Below are positions 1-12,775 of a stretch of 64,000 nt of DNA, piece after piece; position 1 is the first letter of the stretch; the number at the start of each line of letters is the position of its first letter. Below the pieces are notes generated by a model, which was given only the letters and a program-made list of their open reading frames with translations, was not told the DNA's origin and did no database searches. Location: assembly GCA_012295275.1 (NCBI GenBank), contig CM022673.1:4154001-4218000 (forward strand), written 5' to 3'. This DNA comes from Chrysomallon squamiferum. Lineage: Eukaryota; Animalia; Mollusca. The position numbers were made by a program, and so were the translations under genes.

Positions 1-430
1 AAAAAGAGTGATATAAAACTTAGATACGAGAAATTTAGTGAACTTACATAAAAAACCAAAAAACAACCAAATAAAGTTTCACATATTTTAAAATGAAAAT
101 GACAGGAAAACTTGTTTTTATTTCATTAAATTTTAAAACGACGGTTACAGTACTTATATACGCAGGTTAGTTTTGAAATGTCAGGGTAAATAATTAATTT
201 CGTTTGTCATTATAAAGCAGATTCAGCTGTTCACGTGATTTTGTCTTTTTATGACAATCAGCAGGATAATAATGACAGTGACAGTGCTAATATCAAACCT
301 CCAATGTGTGTGTGTGTTTTTTTTAATTATCATTTTAAATATATTATATCTTTGTTGTTGTTTCTTCAACATTACTTTTTCTCCTTTGGTTTTTCCATTT
401 TCATTTACTATCATCATCATCATCACCATC

Positions 431-461
<31 letters not shown>

Positions 462-813
462 CCATCTTCATCATCTTCATCATCTTCATCATCATCAGGA
501 TTAGCATTATTATTATTATTTTATAAAAGAAACAATTTCCTAAAATTTTTAACTTAAAAGAAAAAATAGTAAAAAATAAATAAATAAAAAAATTATTTAA
601 AAAAAAATAAAAAAAAAAAATAAAGAAAAAAAATAAAGACAAAACAAGAAACAGGAAGTTTTGTTTTTAGATTTACGTCTAAAAATAAAAAATATTTTTG
701 GCCATCGGTAAAATGGCAGTTTCTAATTAATTAAAATTTGGAACCGGATATTGAGAAAGAGGACTGGGAGGAAGCAGAAAATTGCTGAAAATAGAAAATC
801 TTTTGTGATATAA

Positions 814-922
<109 letters not shown>

Positions 923-3119
923 TGTTAGTATAGATTAAATTACAGGAAAATAATTTAATGTACATGTATGTGTATAGTTCGTTTCTGGATAGAAAACTAG
1001 ATTTGTAAATTTGAAAACTCGTTCTGTGTCGCAGATTCGTATTAATACAGATGAGATGAAGAAGAAGGTGAAAGAAGATGAAGAAAGTCAAGGGATAAAA
1101 TAAATAAGAAAGAAAAGAAAGAATTAAAGAAGATTTTTAATTTGATGTTTGGTTAAAACTGAATTCTGAAACTCTGTTTCTTATCTCGTATGTCATAAAA
1201 ATCATTACGACTATTCATACTTTTCAAGTGAATATTTTTTGTCACTTATTAGTCAGAAGAGTTAATTTCCCTTGTAAACCTCTTCAACCAGTCATTCTTC
1301 AGCCGTATGAAAAACCTCCATTTAACTAGACAGTTTTCGAAAAAAAACGAAGAAAATCCTCTTTTCTCTTTCATTTTTTTCCTCTCTATTTGTCTTCTTC
1401 TTTTTTCCTCCTTAAGATCTGAAGCATCGAGACGCAGCAATCCAGAAGAGCTATTAAGCTAGCAAACACGTTTCGCAAACAGTGATCTGTGACACACGTC
1501 CGACTGCAGAAGCTTGCCAAGCGGGATTCCCTTCTGATACATTTTTGCCTATACATTTTAATTGGCTGTGCTACACGTCTGTTTTGAAACACCGAACAAT
1601 ACGCTGATTTCCTGGTCACAGCCTCTTACGCCTGTAAATGACAGCTTGGCTTTTATTACGTTTGTACATTTCTCGTATTCGCTGAACGAGAAAGAATTTC
1701 CACTCGATAAAGAGAGTTCAGCTGTTCGTTCGATACTTTTCGTTATGTTTCGGTACATTCCGTCATTTTTAATTTCATAATTTAATTTTTGTTTTTTGTT
1801 TATAATTTCTTTTTGTTGTTGTTGTTGTTTTATTCAAAAAAAAAAAAAAAAAAAAAAAATGTGAAACCGATTTATTGACACATTGTATTTTTATTTTAAA
1901 AAATATTCGTGATAGCAACTCGCACAAATTACACTAAAACATTTTATGTGAAAGGTAAATATATAACCGTTATTGTTTGTTTTTCTGTTTGTCTCTCTCT
2001 CTAGATACGTCAGTGATATAAATTAACAGAAACTTGGTTTATGGTTGTATTGTTAACTGATTTAGTTATTAGTTTAACTCCTTATTTATCGTTGTGGTTG
2101 TGGCTCTTTTGTTGTTGTAGTTTAAAAACTACATTATAGAGTAACTTACGTTTTCGTCACTTACTGACACCCTGTGTTACAGACTTACTTACACTCGACT
2201 CTGTTGTGTCAGAACCTACATGGTATTCAGTTCATTATGTAAACTGCTGTAACTATTCGACGTCTGCGGAAGAAAATCTCTATAGAAACTGACACGAAAT
2301 TCTAACCAGATTACTCGAACGACCTTCCAGACCACGCTTGAACTATTCCTTCGGGTGTTTTATTCTTCAGATTGGCTCAATTTATGATCGGCCATGTTTC
2401 CACCGGCCTCTTTCTGTCTGGAACAGTCACTTTCTTCAACCCGCCTAAAGGTCTTGACGAGCTCAAAAGTTTGGAAAATTTAGCTGTCGATCTTTCACAA
2501 TGAAGCGATTTTAGCGACCAGAGAGAAACCCAAGGATGCGTGCAAATTGGTGTCATCCAGATTGACAAATGACGCATTTTTTATTTTTCCGCACCCGTGA
2601 TCCTGTCCGTAATTTTGTCAAACTTGCGATGATGTCAAGTGAAATTTTGTTAAGCGATTCCAAAAGATTTATCATGGACTAAACAGTCTAATGTGGTGAA
2701 TGGGATTGGAAATCCATTGAGAAAGACAGTGGGAGAAATGTATTTCCATTTGCTCCAGTAAGGTTTTATTGGAATTGAATCTCTGAAAGTGTCACAATAA
2801 AAACACCAATGGAAGAAATAAATAATAAAAAAAAAAACATACCCGATCTTGTGAAAGTAATGAATTTGTTAGACACTGGAATTACAGTTCTGAGTCCCGC
2901 CAAAACTGGTAAACAATAATAAAAGATGTAGAGGGATGCATTCATTTTACATTTAAAGCACTTAGTTTTATTAAACCTAAAGTGTATGTTAACGTTCGTT
3001 GCTTGTATAACGAATATTTTTTGGTCAAAAATAAATTTACATACTCGTACGCATAATTCTACAACAGATTATTTGATTGCACTATCACGAACTGTGAAAT
3101 TGAGTTTCGAGTATAGAAA

Positions 3120-3550
3120 ACTTCTGAATATTGTTATGTGTAAAAGTATGTTATGCTTGTCGTAAATATCTTTTGAATTCTATTTTCAGTGTAGATGTGT
3201 TATCGTTTGTAGAATATACCTTCTGAAACTTTTTGGAGTAAAGATATATCATAGTTGCATTAAACCGATTTTGATTTCTGTTTTGAGTAAAAATATATCT
3301 TGCTTTCACTAAACAGCTTTTGAATTCTGTTTTGAATAAAGATGTTTGTATTAAATACCTTCTGAACTTTGTTATGAGTAAACATGTATCATGGTTTACT
3401 TAGATATATTCTGAAATTTATTATGAGCAAATACATAGCATCTGAATTCTGTTTTGAATAAGGATATAATTATTATATTGCATTAGATATATTTTGACTT
3501 CTGTGTTGAAATAATACTTATGAAGAAAAATATATTTTGAACTATGTACA
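3120..3550. repeat. Degenerate minisatellite, unit about 49 bp, about 9 copies
   Basis: The motif cttYtgaa(tt)ctgtttTgagtaaa.atatatc recurs at about 3121, 3170, 3220, 3269, 3317, 3359, 3409, 3440, 3491 and 3535. Confidence 0.75.
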
Positions 3551-5325
3551 TATACAGCGTAACTATTAAAAAAATATTGGTGATTCAAAGGTGTTTTTGT
3601 TAAAGTTACTCTAAGTCATTTATTAATCCGTTTTTAAAAAAAAAAAAAAACTGTCTTTAAATCGAAAATGTATCTACTCATATTATACATCTGATAATAA
3701 ACTAAAGCGCTTTAAACTTGTTAAATAAAAAAGAACAAAAAAGCTTTCTTCTTCTGATTCTCTTAATTTTGAATTGTTTTTTAAAAATCTTTTTAGTTCA
3801 TTCTTATATGTGTTTTTCATACTTCTTTTTTATATTTCTTTTGTAATATTCTTTCAGTTTTAAAATGTGATTTTTTTTTAACGATAATCCACAAATTACT
3901 TGAACTTTCCTTGGATTTTTTTTATATTTTTTCCCATACAGTAATTTTTTGTTTTCTTTTATTCCACGTTTTGATGTGTAGGCGATTATTTGAAAAACAG
4001 ATTCATCCTTAAATTTGTTTTTCTTCAGTTTCTTTTTGTTTCTTTTATTACTATTGTTTTTGAAATTTCGGTGGTTGTTTTTTCTCATATAAAAACCACA
4101 AAAACCCAGAAACAAAACTACAACAATCAAGCAAACAACCAAATCAAATAAAACAACAAAAAACAACATCAACAATTTCCTTCTTATTAACCTTTGATAC
4201 TAATTATCAACAAAATATCTCAGTTAATAAATAGCTGTATGTCACATTTAATTTTTAACTAATTTATTGATTCAGTGAATTGAATGTTTGTTTCCACTTT
4301 ATTTCTAAACTTGATATAAAAGGATTGTCATTTTATTTTTTAAAATAAAAAGAAAAAAAAAAAAAAAAAAAAAAATGCAAAAGGAAAATAAAATTACATA
4401 TAAAAAATTCACGCGACATCATTTTTTTTTTATAATTTCTTTTATTTTTTTAATTTTATTTTTTTTTTTCGGGAATGAAACTTCGTATCTGGCATAAGTG
4501 CAAATTGCATCTAATCGTGTATCGATTCCTTAAAGGATTTGCACGATTTGTATTTTTTTTTATTCGCTTATTGATTAAAATCATAGTTGATCCTTTCTGG
4601 TTACTGGGTCGGTTGGCTTTTGGTGAACATGAACCGGCTCCGAGCATAAAACCTGACCATCCTTTTATTCCGTGTCATTGATCAACCAGATTACATCTGC
4701 GGCAGAAGGAGGGGGGAAAATGTTGTGATCCGCTGAATGGTTTTAAATCAATTAAAGACCAGAGCGCGAACTGCTCAACTTTGAAATTGCCAAAAGGCGG
4801 GATTTTGCGGTAATACTTTCTAAACGACAACGAGAAAGAGTATTAAGGTTTTTTAAGAAACAGCAAAACGATCGCTTTCATTTAATAATTCTACTTCTTT
4901 TTTTGCTATTTGTATGATTAAATCTTTAGATTTTAGTTTGAAAAAAAAAAAAAAAAAAAAAAAAAAATGATTTAAGAAATGAAAAAAATTAAAAAAAAAA
5001 AAGAACAAAAAGAAAAAATATGTTAGTTTAGAAAAATAAGAAAGAAACAAATAACGAAATAAATCTTCTCAATACTAAAACGAATTTCACAGTGGAAGTG
5101 TAATAATAACAAAAAATAAATAAATAAATAAATAGCAATAAAATTTAAATAAATTAAGAGAGCAGAAAGAAATCAATAAATAAAAACAATAAAAACAATT
5201 AAAGGATAAGACAACTACGAAAAAAAAAAAAAAAAAAAGTCTACATTAAGAGTTGTATGTGTTTGTCATAGTTAAAAGTAGACGTATCTGTTCCATACCT
5301 TATTTCTTTCATTTATTTATTTATT

Positions 5326-5327
5326 TA

Positions 5328-5399
<72 letters not shown>
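5326..5399. repeat. (TTA)n microsatellite
   Basis: Directly visible. It represents many (TAA/TTA)n and (ATC/GAT)n tracts, e.g. 410-496, 5744-5846, 34100-34166. Confidence 0.9.
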
Positions 5400-5743
5400 T
5401 TAAGATCCTGTAATTTTAAATGTTATTAGACATGATCTGTGTGTGTGTGTGTGTGTGCGTGCGCGCGTGTGTAAATACATACATTTGTTTTTAATTTTTT
5501 TTATTCACCTCTGATAAAACCCCCTAAGAAACTGAAATATTTACGAATTAAAGAATTTACTGCAAAAATAAGCCGGAATTTAATCTGCGTTCGATTTTGA
5601 TCTCATCAGAATTTGTAACTCGTGACCTGTACATTAATTGCCTCCATAAATACCTACGTGTTTCATTCAGCATTTATCAACCCCCAGTTATATCACAGAT
5701 GCCATACATCTCTGGTGACATGAATCTTTATCAAAGGTTTAAA

Positions 5744-5846
<103 letters not shown>

Positions 5847-6749
5847 CATCAGTAATAGTTATAATAAAATAAAAACGAGTGAGCGACAGAAAACAAGAAA
5901 ACAAAGATGTCTTGCATTTATTAATACTCGCTGTCACAGATACAAATCTAACGTGGCAAGAAGGAAATGAAAAAAGCTCTGCTTGTAGAATCCTACCTTT
6001 GTCATGTTTTTAAAGGATTTGGTTGTTGTAACAGTACACGATGATTTTTTTTGTTGTTGTTGTTTTTAATTTGATTTTGTAACCTTTAATTCTGTGTTTT
6101 TGTATTGGCAGTCACGTGTAAGGAAGCAGAGAAAACAGGATATATTAATTTATTCAATCGATGAAGATTCTGAATGTGAATGTATTTTATAGAGAATATT
6201 CTGTGTCAAAAAAAAAAAAAAAAACTTTTTCTTTTTTCTTATTTTTTTATACTGAGGTCTATTGTTTGTCATTGCCAAATAATGATTGGGCTTTTATTAC
6301 AGTTGTTATTTCACTACTGAGAATGGAAATAGCGATAACAATTATTACAAAATAACTGTCAAACTCGAACGTTACAAAACATTTTAAAACGAAGATTACA
6401 TTATGAGAAAATTTACATTAAAATGAGAGAAAAAATGGCGAGATTCTGTTTTTGAAGAATAAGACAAAAGAACAAAGACTTTTTTTTTTTTTGTTAACAA
6501 ACATTATGTTTAAAGACAAAAAAAAAAAAAAAAAAAAAAAAAAAAGAATGAAAGAAAGAAAAAAAAGAACAACAGTATTTTAAAGAACTCTGTCATTAGC
6601 TTTACAAATGTTTTCTCTTTGAAACAATCTGCAGAATGCGTCAGACAAGGAGCGATTCTTCCAACACAACTTTACGTTAATAATGTGAATTCCCGTCTTC
6701 TTCAAAAAAGGTTGCAGCAGCCAGCAGGGTTCAAACCCCGCCAGTGGAA

Positions 6750-6863
6750 TATTTAGTTTTAGTGTTTTTATTAAATAATCGTCTCTCTGATAAACTGTAG
6801 ATTTGCGGCAGGATGGCTCGAGCTACTCTTTGTCAGACTCTTGTCATCCAAGCAGATCAGATT
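6750..6863 (-). other. Candidate terminal (3' UTR) exon of the buccalin-like gene
   Basis: Strong minus-strand acceptor ttttctcttctcttttttcttacag| (AG at 6865-6864), with AATAAA at 6772-6767. A matching donor AAG|GTGAGA lies at 12767, just after the buccalin stop. The linkage is inferred. Confidence 0.4.
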
Positions 6864-8615
6864 CTGTAAGAAAAAAGAGAAGAGAAAACGTTAAAACAAA
6901 AGCTAAAGTGTAATTTTACAATTACCGTTAATGGCTGATGTACTCAATAGCTATTTGAAGTCAAAGTAAATTTTGTGTTTTAAATTAAATTATTTGAAGA
7001 ACCATTAATGTTTTATTATAGGGTATCAGAAGATTTCAGATTTTTTCTAATTCTGACATTTGATCTTGATTGAAAATTCTGCCATTTTGTTTTGTTTTGT
7101 TTTTGTTTCTGTTAAGTACAATGCATCTGTTCGCAGACAGGAAAGTACATACACTGGCAGGAACGAGAAAAACTCAGTGGTCATATCAATTTTAAACAGA
7201 AGCACATTACCTTTAGGAACACGACTGCGTATGTTGTGTGTGTGGTAGAGAGCATGAAAGTTGAGAAATTAACAAATACGAGACAGCAAAGAGAGGAAAG
7301 ATGAACATGAAAGAATTTCTTTATCATTACGTCATAGCATTACTATGCCCCATTACACGTCTAACAGCATACTTTGATTTATTATATGAGCAACAAAGCG
7401 CATGTTTTGTTATGCTACAAACTTAGCAGATATTTCTCAAATTCTTCCGTGGAAATACGGAGTTGTTTCAATTATTTATCGTAAATTGAAAAACAATCCT
7501 GTTAAAGCTTTTTCCTCATTTTTTTGTTAAAAATCTTTTTCTCTCCTGGAATTTATTTCTGCTTTTTTCATTGCTTGTTTCTGCAAAATAATGAAGAAAA
7601 AAAAAAAAAAAAAAAAAATTCCGCTATTAAGTGAAGGAAAAACAATGTCTTGTCAATTACATGAATTAAATTGGCAATATATGTTTTTTCTTTCGATGCT
7701 TTTTTCATTTAGAATTACAACAACTGTTAACATGTCTGTCTGTGCAATGGGAAAATCACGTAAACCTGGATTTTCATGAAAACTAAGATATTGACAATTT
7801 TGCTGTTGTAAGGTAGTGCATAATTTGCTAGTCAATGCCTCGTTGCAAATGGTTGTTCCCAGCTCTTTTCAACTCGTGATTAATCAGTCCTTAATTGTTA
7901 ATAATTTCACCGTACTTCAATATTCTAAAAAGCAGAAGAATGCGAGTTAGCCAGTTTTTCCACTGCACGGCGGCATATGTCACCAGTCGATGTTCTGTTT
8001 TGATGCAGTTTTCTAACAATGACTTTGTCACTAAAACTGATGAAATCAAAATAAGGTTTAACAAGCATGCTTGCCGAGCCAAATATAAATTCCTAAAATC
8101 AGTGAGCAGAAATCTTTTGGGGTTTTTCTTATATTAATTTTATAAAAGCTTCTATAAGTACTTTTCTAGATCACAGTGTTAGATTAAGTTAGTAAATTTA
8201 ATAACAGATGATATGGATGTCTGTAATGAGTGAAGTATAAGTGTCATGGATTCAGTATGCTAGTCCTAGATGTCACTGTTTTCTTTATTGTTGTCTCGAC
8301 TTTATCGTTGTCTTTTGAAATGATTTCAAATGCAGGAGTTCAATCAAAGGGCGATTTCTGACGGAATACCGGTTAGACTGTTTTACTAAAAGATATTTCA
8401 GAATGTATTTTCTTTGTTCTGTTCTTTGGTCTTGTTTCTACTTGAATGATTCAATGAATGAATGAATCAATTAGTGTACTTTTCCCATCTTATGTCTATC
8501 ACTTTGTTGCATATATGTTTTTAATGAAGATTCCTATCTAAATATGCATTACAGTGATTCTACAGTTATGTTTTTTATGTAATAGGTAAGTATATGCATG
8601 TCTGCCTATCTATCT

Positions 8616-8646
<31 letters not shown>

Positions 8647-9674
8647 GGAATCTATGTATAAAATTATGTATTTAACGAAACAAAATTAATTAAAGTGGGA
8701 TAAGCTGGTACATGAAGTGTGAATTTTGTGTGAATTTAGATATGTACGTACTTACGTCTGTCTTCGTGTATAAATCACATATATCTACATCAAAAATATT
8801 ACACGAGAAGAATTATTTTACTGTTCTGTTGTTTTGCAATAAATCTGTACCTTTAAATAACACACACAGCAATAATCCAAAATCCGTCACAGAATTTTGA
8901 ATACGACAAAACGGTAAGAAGTTATTACTTTACACCATAGCCTTCGCGTTCATGATATAATCAACATTTCATTCATATTGCCTGTGTCTTTAAGGAACCC
9001 TAGAGCAAAGGTTAAAATTTATGACGTAAGCTTTCGGTTGATTGCTGATCCGAAATCTCAGTATATGTCATTAGTTAGTAGAAAAGATAAACGGAAATAA
9101 CTATTGACTTTTCGCTTGAGGTGTCTCGTTAAACGCTGTCAAAGTCGAGAAAGGATATTGTTTCGGACAAGAAAAATTGGAGATGCGGACCTGCAGGCGA
9201 ATAATTTTTTTAAAAATAATTTGAAGAGGGAGAAAAAAAATTACGAATGATAAAAGTTTTGATAGGTATTCTCTCCTTCAGCAAAATAGCAATCATTGTT
9301 CTAAACATTTTTTTTTTTTTTCTTTTCTTTTTCTGCCATGAAAACTAATTTGGAAATTTATTTACGAACCAAACGAAAGAAAATAAGTAAATAAATACAG
9401 AAAAAAACAACAACAAAAAAGAAAACCCACACAAAAATACAAAGAAAACCCCCAGAAATAAATAAATAAATAAATAAATAAAAAGAAAAAGATGGAATTT
9501 GTAAAGAAAATCATGATTCAGATTTTGGATTTTACGTTCATATCCAAAAATATAAAGTCAAGTAAGTAAAAGAGTTTAGTTATTTCAGATCCACACATCG
9601 GTTTGCCAAACAAAAACAACTAATATAAATTTGTTCACTTTATTTCATAAAGGAAATTTCTGGTTTAATGAATA

Positions 9675-9722
<48 letters not shown>

Positions 9723-10299
9723 GGTAATAATAGTTGTTGTAGTAGTAGTAGTAACAGTGGGAGTAGTAAGAACAGTAATAACAGTAGTTGTTGTAATAGC
9801 ACTAGTGATAGTTGTAGCAGTAGCTGTAGTTGTAACAGTATAGTTAGTATTAGTGATATTAATAAAAGTAATAGTAGTAATAATAATAAAAGTAGTAGTA
9901 GTAGTAATGGTAGAAGTAGTAGTAGTAGTTGTAGCTGTTGTTGTAATGCTAGCCCTATAATAATAATAATAATAATTACTTGTAGAAGCAATAGTAATAG
10001 TAATAATGGTCGTAGTAGTAGTAGTAGTAGCAGCAGAAGCAGTAGTAGTAGTGGTAGTAGCTGTACTAGTAATAGTAATAACAATATCAGTGGGGATATG
10101 TTTTGCTTCCATTCACAGGTTAACTGAATCGATCAGCAGCAAGCGACATTTTACATTCAGCTTCACTCTGACAAGGAAACAGGTGTTCGTGGTCGTGGAT
10201 TAACAATAAGTTTGAGGACGCCGTCTATACTCTGAAATAATCCAGCTGAAGAATGAAGGAGCACAGATTCACCGAGCAGCGATCTGTTGATAAGGCAGA

Positions 10300-10462
10300 G
10301 CGGTTCAGTCCGATCTCTAAGCAGAAAGTAACTCGTACATACTATGCTTCTTGATAAACCAGTCACGAGACCCTGGTTGGAACGTAAATTAATCTAGTAA
10401 TGTAACCACTGAGGTTTACCGTTAACCTTACTTAACGCGAGCACTCAAACCATTAAACCGAG
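10300..10462 (-). mobile_element. Decayed tRNA-derived SINE (Meta-domain-like), partial
   Basis: Minus strand reads ttccaaccagggtctcgtgactggtttatcaagaagcatagtatgtac, resembling the central domain of molluscan Meta-type SINEs as I recall the consensus (ttccagccagtg..cacgactggtatatcaaaggccgtggtatgt). It also resembles the copy at 49115. Confidence 0.55.
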
Positions 10463-11830
10463 AGTCCGTTACCATCACGTGGAATCCTGGAATTTGCTGC
10501 AGAATAACGGGTACAGAATACACTTGATGTTTATGTCATCAAGTCCCTTTTTATGTTATCTTGCTCAAAGGTTTTGTTGGGTCGTTTTTAAGACAATATT
10601 TTGTGTGTGAGGATATACACTGGTGCATATTTTTACACAAATGCACACACCTACACAAACAAAGTATGTCAACAATTAAACATATAAAGCATAAATTCAG
10701 TTTTCAGTTTTAGGTTTCTGATGCTGCTTAGGGCAAAATTATCAGTCGATTATCGAAGTTTATGTCCAAGAAAAGCTTGTACAGTATTTCTGTCGTGGAA
10801 GTATCCGAAAACTACCTCTATCTCATGCATAAACGAACGAACATTTATTTTTATTTTATTTTATTTTATTTATTTATTTATTATTATTATCATTTTTTAA
10901 AATTTGTTTGTAAATTTTTGTAAATTTATTTATTTATTTCTTTTTGCTGTAAATATAATCGTTCGTCTTTTACCGTATAAGATCTTACAGTACGAAACCA
11001 CATTAATCATGTGTTGAATACTTCATTTCTTGACTTTTTAGAGTCAAAACACTAGTCATCCTGATTGCTGATTTAAATTATAAACTGTATGAATATATAA
11101 CGTGTTGTAGAGATTTCGTATTTTTAGACATTTTTATTTCACCTTAAAAGAGTATAAATATTATCACGAATTGTCTTACTGACTTGAATTATTAAAATAT
11201 ATTTTAAAACAAGCATCCAACTTCATAATAATAATAATAATAATAATGAAGAAAAAGAAGAAGAAAATATGTATATTTATATGTATATTTTCCGAGATCT
11301 CCATTGCTTATAGTTTTTAGCATGTATACGAAATACTATTTATGCAGTATGTGTTAAAATAGGTTAGATAAAGATATAATAACAACAATGATAGTTACAG
11401 AAGTATTGGTGATGTCGTATTAGTTGTAGTTGTTGTACAAGTAAATAGTAGTGGTGGTTGTTGCCGGTGACAGCAGTCATCTCATTTAGAGAAAAATCTC
11501 AAAAAAAAAAAAAAAAAAAAGTAAAAAATTGTGACAGTCTTATATGTTTAAAACATCGTTCTTAGATCGATCTAACTATCGTTAACTACACTGAAATACG
11601 CAATTAGAGTAAAGTAATTTGTAAGAAAAAAAAACCTGCGCGAGTGTTCTTACTTCCTGATTAAGATTCCGAAATTATCGTAAAAAACGTTACCTAGCAA
11701 CTATCGGAAGAATTAATTCACAGTAATAGCCACAGAATAGGCCTAATTAGTACACCTTTTCGTGTTCAGTAAAACCGTTTTCGTTTCAGGTCGTGGTAGC
11801 AGTTATAGTGGCAGTTGTAGTAGTAGTAGC

Positions 11831-11866
<36 letters not shown>

Positions 11867-12161
11867 CGTAGCAGTAGTAGTAGTAATAGTAGTCATAGCA
11901 GTAGTAGTACTAGTAGAGGTAGTTCTAGCAGTGATAATAGCAGCAACAGCAGCCACAAGAACAAAAATATTACGTTACGTCAAATGCACTCACCAAAAAT
12001 ATTTGGCATATTCTCTTTAGACATTGCGTCCGTTGGGCTATATCCCATCCCATCCAAAATCATACGACATTTTTTTGTTTTAAAGTCAGTGAATTTGGTA
12101 CGTGCATTCCTGTGTACGTAAAATATTCAGAGCTTCTAATGAAGTAGATTTCTTCTCAACT

Positions 12162-12204
<43 letters not shown>

Positions 12205-12775
12205 TTTACTTAATCCATACGTATAATGACTAATAATATTTATATTACTATATATTTAGGAGACTTTAAAAACTATGTATTTCATTAATTTACGCGATTC
12301 ATCTACTTCACTCATTGGTAACATTTTGTTTTCAATATCTGTTGTACTTCAGATTAACTTTAAAGATTCCAAACTGCATGACTTACTTGTATGTGTTCAT
12401 ACTTACTTTAATACAGGTCATCGTTATGTTTGTTTTCACACTAACTTAGTTTACTTTCACTTGTACATAGATGCGGAAATACTTTCATAGATCCTTTTAC
12501 ATATATTTTTTATTATAAAGAGGATATTCAGATTATGAAGATATTGTTGGATCGACAAAATGTTAATAATAATAATAACAATAATAATAATAATAAATGA
12601 TGATGATGATGATGATGATAATGATAATGATAAGAAGATCAAATGAAATAAAATAAAATAGGTATAGATCCTGCAAACATTTGGTATGGATCAAACGATC
12701 CCATCAAAGCCTGCTTGAGCAGTTTTCGAATAAGAACAGTGCGAATGGTTTCACTCACTTCTCTCACCTTCTGCG

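Noticed and set aside
223-642. Poly-His and poly-Met ORFs
   Set aside because: (CAT)n microsatellite artefact.
2160-2910. Unique-sequence block with short ORFs (e.g. 2377-2577)
   Set aside because: No long frame, no recognisable motif and no convincing splice pair. It may be UTR or regulatory sequence but cannot be called.
9645-10203. Thr-, Leu- or Val-rich ORFs resembling mucins or membrane proteins (also 11762, 24395, 47625-48326, 60273, 62560)
   Set aside because: They are translations of degenerate (GTA/ACT/TAA)n repeats, open in several frames, with no signal peptide or complex domain.
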